From: Abditibacteriota bacterium
GTDB taxonomy: Bacteria > Armatimonadota > UBA5829
Assembly (NCBI GenBank): GCA_017552965.1
Contig: JAFZNQ010000076.1
Location: forward strand, 22,035-86,034
DNA length: 64,000 nt
Direction of reading: 5' to 3'
In this document: piece by piece, positions 51,441 to 59,810 of the stretch
Position numbering within the stretch: the stretch's first letter is position 1
How the letters are laid out: each line of letters begins with the position of its first letter
The notes under the pieces: model-generated
Databases searched by the model: none
What the model saw: only the letters and a program-made list of their open reading frames with translations
Told to the model about the DNA's origin: nothing
Translations under genes and position numbers: made by a program

Positions 51441-53768
51441 TCAGTCTGTCGATACGCCCGGGGAGTCCTGACAGTCCTCGGGGTCGTGGCCGTCCATTAT
51501 GGTGTGGGCGGGAGCCACCATGTTGTACCTGGTCCCGTGATAATCTATCAGCAGCTCCTTGTCCTTGTCGCCGGAGTTGTACAGCATATATCTGTCTCCC
51601 GCCAGACGGCTGACATACACGCCGTCCAGGACTATGTCGTAGGTAGGCTCGCCCACCTCGGGCAGGGTGTCGTGTATCGCCTTGAACAGGGCCTCCTCGG
51701 TGTCGTATCTCGTCACCGAGCCCTTGCCGAAGGCTCCGCCCCGGGAGTCCTTGGGGAACAGCACCCTTTCCGGGCCCTTGGTCCCCTCGGGATTGGTAAA
51801 TACTCCCCCGTCCAGCACCAGCACGCGGCCCCCGTTCCGGGCGTATTCGGCTATCTTGGCGGCGGTGGAGTTTTCCAGTATATCTGCCTGGACTATGACC
51901 AGCAGCTTGTAGTTTTTGAGGGCGTCCGGCATGGTCTCGTCCACAAAGTCGTAGTCAAAGGCGTCTCTCAGCTTGGCCGCATAGTCGGAGAATTCGTAGA
52001 TGTGCCTCCGCTTGTTGTACATGTGTATGTCCGCATAGGTGTTGGGGAAAAACATGGCTATGGGCACTATGGGCTCGCCCTGAAACAGATATTTCAGGTG
52101 CTTTTGCTGGACAGCCATCCGCTCCGGAGTCAGAACGATGTTGGCGTTGTAGTCAAACAGGTGCTGGGCTCCCGAACAGGTGGAATTGTAGATGCGGGCC
52201 ACTATGCCGTTTTCGTCCTCGGGGCCGGCAGGCTCATAGCCGAACTCGCAGCCGTAGTAGCGGGAAGCGGAGCCCACCAGATTGGTGTAGGCAAAGTTCA
52301 GACCGTAATCGGAGGCCTCGTTGGTGATGCGCACTCCGGCCTTGTTTTTGGCTGCCACCCGGCACTGATCCGCAAAGCTGGCCCCGGTGGTGGGATCGGC
52401 CAGACCGCCGGTCTTCAGGAACACCCGGGTGTCGGGCAGATACTTTTTGGCCATGCCCAGCCACCAGTCGGCGTATTCGGTCATACAGTTGCGGTACCAG
52501 TACACGAAGTCCAGGAAATACCGCCGCACGGTGGGGTCGGTCTCCTTTTTGTCAAAAAAGGCCCGCTGCTCTTCCTCGCTGTAAAACGGGAATCTGACGC
52601 TGTCAAAGTCCTTGAGCTCCATGTTCCAGGCCTTGTTCAGGGCCTCCACGGTCTTGTATTTGTCCCGGGCAAACTTGATAAAGGAAGCGAGGGCGTATTT
52701 GTCGTTGCACCAAAAGCCCCGGTGATTGTGGTATTCGCCGGTGATGTTGTATATGACCTGATTGCCTTCCACCGTGTATATGGCCTCGCCAAAGTCTCCC
52801 TGGATGCCGGGATAGACGGCCTCCAGTATGCCGGTCTTTCCGTAGCGGGCGGCAAATTCCTTCATGAACCTTTCCACGTATTTGGGAAAGTCGGGACACC
52901 ACAGGCTGACGGTCTTGCCGGCAGTGCCGTGCTCCAGACAGGTGTTGGGCACGAATTCGTCGCTCTTCGTATACCAATCAGGCAGGGTGTAGGCGGGAGC
53001 CACCATCAGGGCGGGAGCCCATTTCAGGCCCGCAGCCTTGAGCACGCTGACCGTATCGTCCCACAGGGACCAGTCCCACTTGCCCTTTTCATCGTTTTCC
53101 ACAGAGCTCCAGGTCACGTAGTTCTCCAGAGCCGTGATACCCAGCTCCTTGTATATCTGGGCGTCGGCCAGAGGCGGCACGTGATAGACCCCTATTCCCA
53201 GAGGATAGTCCACCGGCACCACGGGGGGAGCCTGCTTGTCCTTTTCGAGAGTCTTCAGGGTCTCCCCGGACAGCTCGCCGTTGTACAATTCCACCTTTCT
53301 GACAAAAAGGCCTTCGGTGCCAAATATGCGGAAGTCGGCTCCGCCGTTCATGGCCGCCACGGGCACAAAGTCCTGATACTTGCACACCGCGGTCTTCCAG
53401 CCCCCCGGGCGGGCCAGAAAGGCGCCGGTAATGGCATAATCTTCGTCAGGTGTGTTCATATTCAGCCGCACTATCTGAGGCAGCTTCAGGGAAGAATAGT
53501 ATTCCACCACCATGCAGCCGTCCTTTTGGACCTTCTGCCGCAGGTCGTTCCGGAAGGTAAAATACACATAGCTGGCTTCTCCCGCCGCCATCATCAGGGC
53601 GTTGCTGCCCCCGGCAGTCCCCTGCAGGAATACCCCGTCATCCTCCCAGTAAACGGGAGCCATCTCGGTAGGAGTCGCGTCCACCGACCAGCGGGCCACG
53701 GGGGTCTCGGCAGCCTGCAGAGCGGCTGCCATCACCAAAAGCGCCAATACGATCAAAGCTTTTTTCAT
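51441..53768 (-). CDS. secreted GH42-like TIM-barrel glycosidase with N-terminal beta-sandwich, paralogue 1
   Basis: Signal peptide. N-terminal domain of about 150 aa (..YQDFVPVAAMNGGADFRIF..). The core matches my memory of GH42 (ENYVTWSSVENDEKGKWDWSLWD...LKWAPALMVAPAYTLPDWY; LNKAWN). The C-terminal segment YKLLVIVQADIL...GGRVLVLDGG resembles the GH42 trimerisation module. GH14 is an alternative assignment. Confidence 0.55.
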   Translation of the reverse strand: MKKALIVLALLVMAAALQAAETPVARWSVDATPTEMAPVYWEDDGVFLQGTAGGSNALMMAAGEASYVYFTFRNDLRQKVQKDGCMVVEYYSSLKLPQIVRLNMNTPDEDYAITGAFLARPGGWKTAVCKYQDFVPVAAMNGGADFRIFGTEGLFVRKVELYNGELSGETLKTLEKDKQAPPVVPVDYPLGIGVYHVPPLADAQIYKELGITALENYVTWSSVENDEKGKWDWSLWDDTVSVLKAAGLKWAPALMVAPAYTLPDWYTKSDEFVPNTCLEHGTAGKTVSLWCPDFPKYVERFMKEFAARYGKTGILEAVYPGIQGDFGEAIYTVEGNQVIYNITGEYHNHRGFWCNDKYALASFIKFARDKYKTVEALNKAWNMELKDFDSVRFPFYSEEEQRAFFDKKETDPTVRRYFLDFVYWYRNCMTEYADWWLGMAKKYLPDTRVFLKTGGLADPTTGASFADQCRVAAKNKAGVRITNEASDYGLNFAYTNLVGSASRYYGCEFGYEPAGPEDENGIVARIYNSTCSGAQHLFDYNANIVLTPERMAVQQKHLKYLFQGEPIVPIAMFFPNTYADIHMYNKRRHIYEFSDYAAKLRDAFDYDFVDETMPDALKNYKLLVIVQADILENSTAAKIAEYARNGGRVLVLDGGVFTNPEGTKGPERVLFPKDSRGGAFGKGSVTRYDTEEALFKAIHDTLPEVGEPTYDIVLDGVYVSRLAGDRYMLYNSGDKDKELLIDYHGTRYNMVAPAHTIMDGHDPEDCQDSPGVSTD

Positions 53769-53770
53769 AC

Positions 53771-56068
53771 TTATTCTCCCAGCGTGTGATCGGTGATGGT
53801 CTCGGGGGCGCAGTCGATCCTGTGGATCCTGCCCTTGTATTCCACCTTCACCGTTTTTTGCTCTTTTTCCTTGTTGTAGATAAAGAATCTGTTGCCTTCC
53901 AGCATGGTCACATAGACCTGATCATCGGTCATGTCGTAGGCGGGACAGCCCATATTCACAAGAGCCGTATGGACCCTCCCTGCCATGGAGGCGTAGTCGT
54001 CGGTCCGGTAAATATAGCCCTTGCCGAAGGCCCCGCCTTTGGGTGACTCGGGGAACAGGAGCCTTTCGAGCTCGTCGCCGCCCTCCACCGAGGTGAGCCC
54101 GGGGACGTTCACCACCAGCACCTTGCCGCCCCTGCGGGCAAAATCGGCGATCTTCTCCGCGTGCTCTGTCTCCATGACGGAGCACCCGGTGATGATGAGG
54201 ACCTTGTAGCAGTCCAGAGCCTGAGGCATGCTGTCGTCCAGATAGTCGTAGTCAAAGAAGGCCCTGATCTTCATGGCCTCTCTCATGAACAGGCCGGCTC
54301 CGTTTTCCCGGATGTCGCTGTCCGTGTTGGGATACCAGAGAGCCACAGGCACCACCGCCTTGCCCCTGAACAGATAGCCGATGTGCTTTTGCTGCTGGGT
54401 CATGCGGCTGTCAGACGAGGTGACGTTGCCCATATAGTCGTGCAGGTGGTCGCAGCCGGAGGCAGTGGAGTTGTAGATGCGGGCCACTATGCCCACCTCG
54501 TCTTCGGCGCCGGCGGGCTCGTAGCCGTAATAGGCTCCGTAGTATTTGCCGGCGGAGGACACCTGACGGGTGTGGACGAAGTTGTTCGCGTAGTCGGAGT
54601 CCTCATTGGTGATGCGCACGCCGCACTTGTTCTTGGCAGCCACCCGGCACTCCTCGGCAAAGCTGGCCCCCAGTCTGGGATCCGTGTGTCCGCCGGTGCA
54701 CAGATATATGGGAGTATCGGGGAAATACTTGCGGAGCATGGCCAGCCACCGGTCGGCGTGGTCCGTCATGCAGCCCCGGTACCAGCATACGAAATCCAGA
54801 TAGTATCTGCGGCAGGTGGGGTCCCCGGGCATACGGGCCATCAGCGCCCTGATCTCCTCTTCGCCGTAGAAGGGAAATCTGATGTCTTCCCGGCTCCCGA
54901 AGGAGGTGTGCCACGCCTTGTTGAGCTTGTCCATATCTCCGTATTTGTCTGCGGCGAAGGCCTGAAAGCTCTTGAGGGCGTATGGGTCGTTGCACCAGTA
55001 GCCTATATGGTTGTGGTAGGGGCCGCCTATCAGGTCGTAGATCACGCTGTTGCCCTGCACGGTGTATATGGCTTCGCCAAAATCCCCCTGTATGCCGGGT
55101 ATCAGGGATTCGATCATGCCCGAGCCGGCGTAGCGCTCCGCAAAGGCCTTGACGAACCTTTCGGTCCACCGGTCAAAGCCCGGGGACCACAGGCTGATGG
55201 TCTTGCCGGCCGTGCCGTGCTCCAGACAGGCGTTGGGCACGAATTCGTCGCTCTCGGCATACCAGTCGGGGATGGTGTAGGCCGGGGAGTGCATGATGGC
55301 CGGCGACCATTTGAGACCGCTTTCTCTGACTATCTCCAGATTCCTGTCCCACAGGCTCCAGTCCCACCGGTCCTTGCCTTCGTTTTCCACGGAGCGCCAG
55401 GTGACGTAGTTCTCCACACTGGTGACTCCCAGCTTCTTCAGCAGCTTGCCCGTATTCACGTCGATGGTGTCATAGACTCCGACGCCAAATACGTAAAAGG
55501 CGTCTTCAGATCTTTTGTTGTTGAAATCCATGGTCTCAAAAAATGCGTCAAGCAGGTCTTCCTGACTCTCCTCTTCTATTCGTTCATTGTATATTTCCAC
55601 ACGGCTCACTGCCAGACCGGGTCTGGTGGTCAGCCGAAAATCGGCTCCAAAGTTCATCTTGCCCACGGGGACAAAATCGTCGTATCGGGCCACGGCCCTG
55701 TTCCAGCCGCCCCCCATGTAACGGATGGACCCCTGGCCGTCGTAGGGACCCCGGGACGAATCGATCTCCCAGTTCAGCTGCAGAAACACGCCGTCTGTGA
55801 GACAGTATTCTATGACCAGGGAGCCTGCGGGCTCTATCCTGCCCCGGGTCTCCGGGTCAAGGGCAAAATACATGTAGTTCATGGGCCCGCCCCAGGGCTC
55901 CACCAGCACGCAGTCCCTGCCCTCCACAGAGGTATGGGCCACCTTGCATTCGCCGCCCTCCATCAGACGGATGTTCCCGGGCTCCGCAGCCGACCAGACG
56001 GCCGCCGGCTCCGCGCCCATGGCAGCGGCGGACAGCAATATCAATAGCAGCGGCAACAGATATTTCAA
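53771..56068 (-). CDS. secreted GH42-like glycosidase, paralogue 2 (765 aa)
   Basis: TTG start after GGGGAGAGAG. Signal peptide MKYLLPLLLILLSAAAMGA. Same architecture as paralogue 1. Very similar to paralogue 3. Confidence 0.55.
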   Translation of the reverse strand: MKYLLPLLLILLSAAAMGAEPAAVWSAAEPGNIRLMEGGECKVAHTSVEGRDCVLVEPWGGPMNYMYFALDPETRGRIEPAGSLVIEYCLTDGVFLQLNWEIDSSRGPYDGQGSIRYMGGGWNRAVARYDDFVPVGKMNFGADFRLTTRPGLAVSRVEIYNERIEEESQEDLLDAFFETMDFNNKRSEDAFYVFGVGVYDTIDVNTGKLLKKLGVTSVENYVTWRSVENEGKDRWDWSLWDRNLEIVRESGLKWSPAIMHSPAYTIPDWYAESDEFVPNACLEHGTAGKTISLWSPGFDRWTERFVKAFAERYAGSGMIESLIPGIQGDFGEAIYTVQGNSVIYDLIGGPYHNHIGYWCNDPYALKSFQAFAADKYGDMDKLNKAWHTSFGSREDIRFPFYGEEEIRALMARMPGDPTCRRYYLDFVCWYRGCMTDHADRWLAMLRKYFPDTPIYLCTGGHTDPRLGASFAEECRVAAKNKCGVRITNEDSDYANNFVHTRQVSSAGKYYGAYYGYEPAGAEDEVGIVARIYNSTASGCDHLHDYMGNVTSSDSRMTQQQKHIGYLFRGKAVVPVALWYPNTDSDIRENGAGLFMREAMKIRAFFDYDYLDDSMPQALDCYKVLIITGCSVMETEHAEKIADFARRGGKVLVVNVPGLTSVEGGDELERLLFPESPKGGAFGKGYIYRTDDYASMAGRVHTALVNMGCPAYDMTDDQVYVTMLEGNRFFIYNKEKEQKTVKVEYKGRIHRIDCAPETITDHTLGE

Positions 56069-56097
56069 GGCGCTCTCTCCCCGGCTTTCCCGGAGGC

Positions 56098-56127
56098 GCG
56101 GCGCCCGGAAGGTTCCCCGGGCGCCGC
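56098..56127 (-). other. GC-rich perfect hairpin between paralogues 3 and 2 (no U tract)
   Basis: 11-bp perfect stem GCGGCGCCCGG / CCGGGCGCCGC with an 8-nt loop. It lies 20 nt after the stop at 56147. Confidence 0.5.
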
Positions 56128-56146
56128 CGCCCCGGAAGACAAAGCC

Positions 56147-58444
56147 TTATTCGTCCAGAGTATAGTCGGTGATGGTCTCGGGGGCGCAGTCTATCTCATA
56201 GATCTCGCTCTTGTATTCCACGGTGACCGTCTTCCGGGTCTTTTCCTTGTTGTAGATGAAGAACCTGTTGCCCTCCAGCATGGTCACGTAGACCATATCG
56301 CCGGTCATGCTGTAGGCGGGGTAGCCCAGCTTCTTGAGGGCGGTGTTCATGTTGGCTCCCAGAGCCTCATAGTCGTCCAGCCTGTAGATATAGCCCTTGC
56401 CGAAGCCTCCGCCGGCGTGGGACTTGGGGAAGAGTATTTTTTCGGGCTCGTCGGTGCCCTCCACGCTGGTGAGCTTGTCCAGACCCACCACCACTACTCT
56501 GCCGCCTCTGCGGGCAAACTCGGCTATCTGTTTGGCATGCTCCGTTTCCATGATATCCGAGTGGGTGATGACCAGTATCTTGTATTCATCCAGAGCCTCC
56601 AGCATGCTGTCGTCCAGATAGTCAAAGTCAAAATAGGCCCGGATGGGCTTGATGGCCTCCATGAACATATTGGCTCCGTTGTGGCGTATGTCGTTGTCGG
56701 CGTTGTTGTAGAACAGAGCGATGGGCACCACAGCCTCTCCCCTGAACAGATAGCCGATGTGCTTTTGCTCCTGGGTGATGCGCTCCTCGGACTGGGTCAC
56801 GTTGCTCATATAGTCGTGCAGGTGGTCGCAGCCGGAGGCCGTGGAATTGTAGATGCGGGCCACTATGCCCACCTCGTCCTCGGGACCGGCAGGCTCATAG
56901 CCGTAATAGGCGCCGTAGTATTTGCCGGCAGAGGACACCTGACGGGTGTGGACGAAGTTGTCCACGTAGTCGGAGTTCTCGTTGGTGATGCGCACGCCGC
57001 ACTTGTTCTTGGCAGCCACCCGGCACTCCTCGGCAAAGTTGGCTCCCAGTCTGGGGTCAGTGTGTCCACCGGTGCACAGATATATGGGTGTATCGGGGAA
57101 GTATTTTCTGAGCATGCCCATCCACCAGTCGGCGAATTCGGTCATGGAGTTGCGGTACCAGTACACAAAATCCAGATAGAATCTGCGTCCGTCGGGCCCG
57201 TTCTGCATCTTGTTCATATAGTCCAGCAGGTCCTGCTCGCTGTAGAAGGGGAATCTGACGGCCTCAAAGCTCTCAAAGGAGGTGCCCCAGGCCTTGTTGA
57301 GCTTGCCAGTATCCCCGTATTTGTCTTCCGCAAATTTCTGAAAGTCCGCCAGAGCGTAGGAGTCGTTGCACCAGTAGCCTATGTGGTTGTGATAGGGACC
57401 GCCTATCAGGTTGTATATGACTTCGTTGCCCTGCACGGTGTATATGGCCTCGCCAAAGTCCCCCTGTATGCCGGGGATCAGGGATTCGATCATGCCCGAG
57501 TCGGCGTAGCGGTCCGCAAAGGCCTTGATGAACCTTTCGGTCCACTCTTTGAAGCCGGGGCACCACAGGCTAATGGTCTTGCCGGCTATGTAGTGCTCCA
57601 GACAGGTGTTGGGCACAAACTCGTCGGACTCTGCATACCAGTCCGGGATGGTGTAGGCCGGGGCGTGCATGATGGCCGGGGACCACTTGAGACCGCTCTT
57701 CTTGATGATATCCAGGTTCTTGTCCCACAGGCTCCAGTCCCACTTGTCCTTGCCGTCGTTTTCCACGGAGCGCCAGGTGACGTAGTTTTCCACACTGGTG
57801 ACCCCCAGCTTTTTGAACAGCTTGCCCGTGTTCACGTCTATGAGGTCATACACGCCTATGCCGTACACGTAGCGGACGTCGGGGTCTCTTTTGCCCGTGA
57901 AGCCCATGGAGTCAAAATAAGCGTCCAGAGCTTCGTCCTGACTTTCCGCCTCCAGCTTTTCGTTGTATATATCCACCCGGCTCACTGCCAGACCGGGAGC
58001 GGTGGTCAGACGAAAGCTGGCGTCCAGGTTCATCTTGCCGGCAGGCACAAAATCGTCATAATTCACCACGGCCCTGTTCCAGCCGCCCTTCATATACTGG
58101 GCGGAGCCGGCGTTGCTGTAGTCCTCTCTGGAGGAATTGATCTGCACGCTGAGCTGCACAAAGGAGCCCCGGGTGAGATTGTATTCCACCACGATGGAGC
58201 CTTCCGGCTTGATCTTGCTCCGGACCCGGGGATCTATGTAAAAATACATGCAGTTGTATTCGTTGCCGCTGTCCTGGGCCACGGCGCACACCCGGCCCTC
58301 CAGCTCGGCGCCGGCCACCTTGCAGTCGCCCCCTTCCATGAGGGTGATATCGCCGCCGCCCTGAGCCAGAAAGCTGGCCACGGGCTCCGCGCAAAAGGCC
58401 GCGGCGGCCGCTATGATCATCAAAAACACTAAAAAGGCTTTCAT
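56147..58444 (-). CDS. secreted GH42-like glycosidase, paralogue 3 (765 aa)
   Basis: The ATG at 58444 follows GGAGAG and gives signal peptide MKAFLVFLMIIAAAAAFCA. The ORF-track start at 58726 adds 94 low-complexity codons that run through the promoter and terminator region. Confidence 0.55.
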   Translation of the reverse strand: MKAFLVFLMIIAAAAAFCAEPVASFLAQGGGDITLMEGGDCKVAGAELEGRVCAVAQDSGNEYNCMYFYIDPRVRSKIKPEGSIVVEYNLTRGSFVQLSVQINSSREDYSNAGSAQYMKGGWNRAVVNYDDFVPAGKMNLDASFRLTTAPGLAVSRVDIYNEKLEAESQDEALDAYFDSMGFTGKRDPDVRYVYGIGVYDLIDVNTGKLFKKLGVTSVENYVTWRSVENDGKDKWDWSLWDKNLDIIKKSGLKWSPAIMHAPAYTIPDWYAESDEFVPNTCLEHYIAGKTISLWCPGFKEWTERFIKAFADRYADSGMIESLIPGIQGDFGEAIYTVQGNEVIYNLIGGPYHNHIGYWCNDSYALADFQKFAEDKYGDTGKLNKAWGTSFESFEAVRFPFYSEQDLLDYMNKMQNGPDGRRFYLDFVYWYRNSMTEFADWWMGMLRKYFPDTPIYLCTGGHTDPRLGANFAEECRVAAKNKCGVRITNENSDYVDNFVHTRQVSSAGKYYGAYYGYEPAGPEDEVGIVARIYNSTASGCDHLHDYMSNVTQSEERITQEQKHIGYLFRGEAVVPIALFYNNADNDIRHNGANMFMEAIKPIRAYFDFDYLDDSMLEALDEYKILVITHSDIMETEHAKQIAEFARRGGRVVVVGLDKLTSVEGTDEPEKILFPKSHAGGGFGKGYIYRLDDYEALGANMNTALKKLGYPAYSMTGDMVYVTMLEGNRFFIYNKEKTRKTVTVEYKSEIYEIDCAPETITDYTLDE

Positions 58445-58475
58445 TGGTCGCTCTCCAAATAATAATACTAAAATA

Positions 58476-58484
58476 ATTATAGCA
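58476..58484 (-). promoter_or_regulatory. extended -10 element (TGCTATAAT) upstream of GH42-like paralogue 3
   Basis: The minus strand reads TGC-TATAAT, 32 nt upstream of the ATG at 58444, in an AT-rich patch. No clear -35 is present. Confidence 0.4.
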
Positions 58485-58570
58485 TACGAAGGGGCTTTAT
58501 TACTACAATACTTCCCTCCAAATCGGCGGGAGCGGCAAAAAAACGCCTGACGGCTGCCGAAACCGGGACC

Positions 58571-58606
58571 ACAAAATAAGACACGGCCGCCCGTAAGGGC
58601 TGCCGT
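58571..58606 (-). terminator. candidate terminator of the MBL-rubredoxin gene
   Basis: Stem ACGGCCGCCC / GGGCTGCCGT (9 of 10 pairs, loop GTAA, 58583-58606). On the minus strand it is followed by GUCUUAUUUUGUGG. Confidence 0.5.
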
Positions 58607-58674
58607 ATCGCAAGCAGGGTCCCGCGCGCCGTCCCCGAGTCCTCCCCGCAGGGAGCCCGGGATATCACGGCTGT

Positions 58675-59613
58675 TCAGGCTCTGTTGAACTTGTCCCTGG
58701 GCTTTTTGCAGCGGGGGCATTTCCAATCCTCGGGCAGGTCCTCAAAGGCTACGCCGCCGTTTTCTGCGGGATCGTACACGTAGCCGCACACCGAGCACAC
58801 GTATTTGCCGGTGGTCTTGAACTGACTGAAATCCGGAGTGGCATATACGGTGGCCGGAGGAGCGTCCAGATCGATGACGCGCCGGGCCTCCAGGTTGTCA
58901 TAGCCCTGGGGAGTGTGGGTGGACACGTACACGGTGGGATGCTCTCTGACAAACTCACGCACGTTATCCAGGGTCTCCCGTGCCGCCTCTATGTCCTCGT
59001 ACACGATCGACAGCTTGTTGGCATACAGGGCCTCGTCCAGGTAGGTCACGTCGCCGTGGATCATATAAAACAGGCCGTCCAGCTCGACTATCACGATACT
59101 GTTTCCCCTGGTGTGTCCCTGAGCCTTGATATAATAGATGCCGTCGCCCATTTTTTGGCAGGCGGGGAAATTGTAATAGGGTCCGTCGGTAAAATCCACG
59201 GGGACCACGTTGGGCAAAGCCAGCTCTTCCGCCCCGGCTTCTTCCCTGGAGGCGTATATGCGGGCATTGGGAAAAGAGCGCAGCTCCCCGGTGTGATCGG
59301 CATGCTTGTGGGTAATGAGTATTTTGGTCACCTGCTCGGGCTTGTAGCCCAGCTCCCTGAAGGCTGCCATATAGCTGTTTTTCTCTCTGCCGAGATACAC
59401 GGAGGTGGTCTCGTCCGGCGCTTCCTCGGGAGTCCCCTCGGGAAGCCCTGTGTCCACCAGGATCACCTCATCTCCCGTGTCGATGAGATAGTTGGTCAGG
59501 GCGCCTCTGTAACGCACCTGCGGGTCAAATTTGTCCGGCCCCTCTTCTCCGCCGAATACAAAGGGCTGAGTAAAAAAGCCGTTTTCTCTGAATTTTACGG
59601 CCTTGATCTCCAT
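58675..59613 (-). CDS. metallo-beta-lactamase-fold hydrolase fused to a C-terminal rubredoxin domain
   Basis: HxHxDH motif ([10 protein letters not shown]). The C-terminal sequence [12 protein letters not shown]...[14 protein letters not shown] has the two CxxC pairs of rubredoxin. GGGAGG lies upstream of the ATG. Confidence 0.8.
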   Translation of the reverse strand: MEIKAVKFRENGFFTQPFVFGGEEGPDKFDPQVRYRGALTNYLIDTGDEVILVDTGLPEGTPEEAPDETTSVYLGREKNSYMAAFRELGYKPEQVTKILITHKHADHTGELRSFPNARIYASREEAGAEELALPNVVPVDFTDGPYYNFPACQKMGDGIYYIKAQGHTRGNSIVIVELDGLFYMIHGDVTYLDEALYANKLSIVYEDIEAARETLDNVREFVREHPTVYVSTHTPQGYDNLEARRVIDLDAPPATVYATPDFSQFKTTGKYVCSVCGYVYDPAENGGVAFEDLPEDWKCPRCKKPRDKFNRA

Positions 59614-59727
59614 ATATTGTCCTCCCGATGGTTTTTATCAAATTGAGCGCTCATCATGCCTGCGGCAGGCGGCGCATATTTTTCACAGCGCTCGCAAGGC
59701 TTTTCGGCCTTTCGCACAATGAGCATT

Positions 59728-59746
59728 TGCTATAACAATTATAGCA
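59728..59746. promoter_or_regulatory. perfect 8-3-8 inverted repeat TGCTATAA-CAA-TTATAGCA overlapping an extended -10 (candidate Fur/PerR-family operator)
   Basis: Read directly from the sequence. The minus-strand half forms TGC-TATAAT (59746-59738), pointing at the MBL-rubredoxin gene. In 7-1-7 register (CTATAAC-A-ATTATAG) it matches 11/14 positions of the B. subtilis Per box TTATAATNATTATAA as I recall it. Confidence 0.4.
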
Positions 59747-59810
59747 CATAAGGGGGCCTTTTTCTACGAAGTCTTCCGTTTCTTTTTCCCCTGCGCCGGG
59801 CAGATATATT

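Noticed and set aside
49890-53789. A 1299-codon ORF on the plus strand, the longest in the window
   Set aside because: It lies exactly antisense to rseP and GH42-like paralogue 1. Both carry unmistakable motifs on the minus strand (HEYGH, NLLPIPPLDGGH, signal peptide, GH core). The plus-strand product is low-complexity (G/A/V/H/Q/P/R-rich) with no motif. It has the frame relationship typical of shadow ORFs in GC3-rich genes, where the sense codons TTA/CTA/TCA that would create antisense stops are rare.
58445-58726. N-terminal extensions of ORF-track calls (56147-58726, 18767-21550, 26261-27274, 38410-39447, 10831-12087, 43278-45422, 816-1499)
   Set aside because: In each case an internal ATG/TTG preceded by a Shine-Dalgarno sequence yields a signal peptide or the conserved family N-terminus. 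The extension overlaps a promoter, a terminator or the upstream gene in another frame.
59655-59700. Rex-type operator (TTCACA half-site) in the MBL-rubredoxin leader
   Set aside because: Only one half-site (TTTTCACAG) is present, with no TTGTGAA partner at the required spacing.
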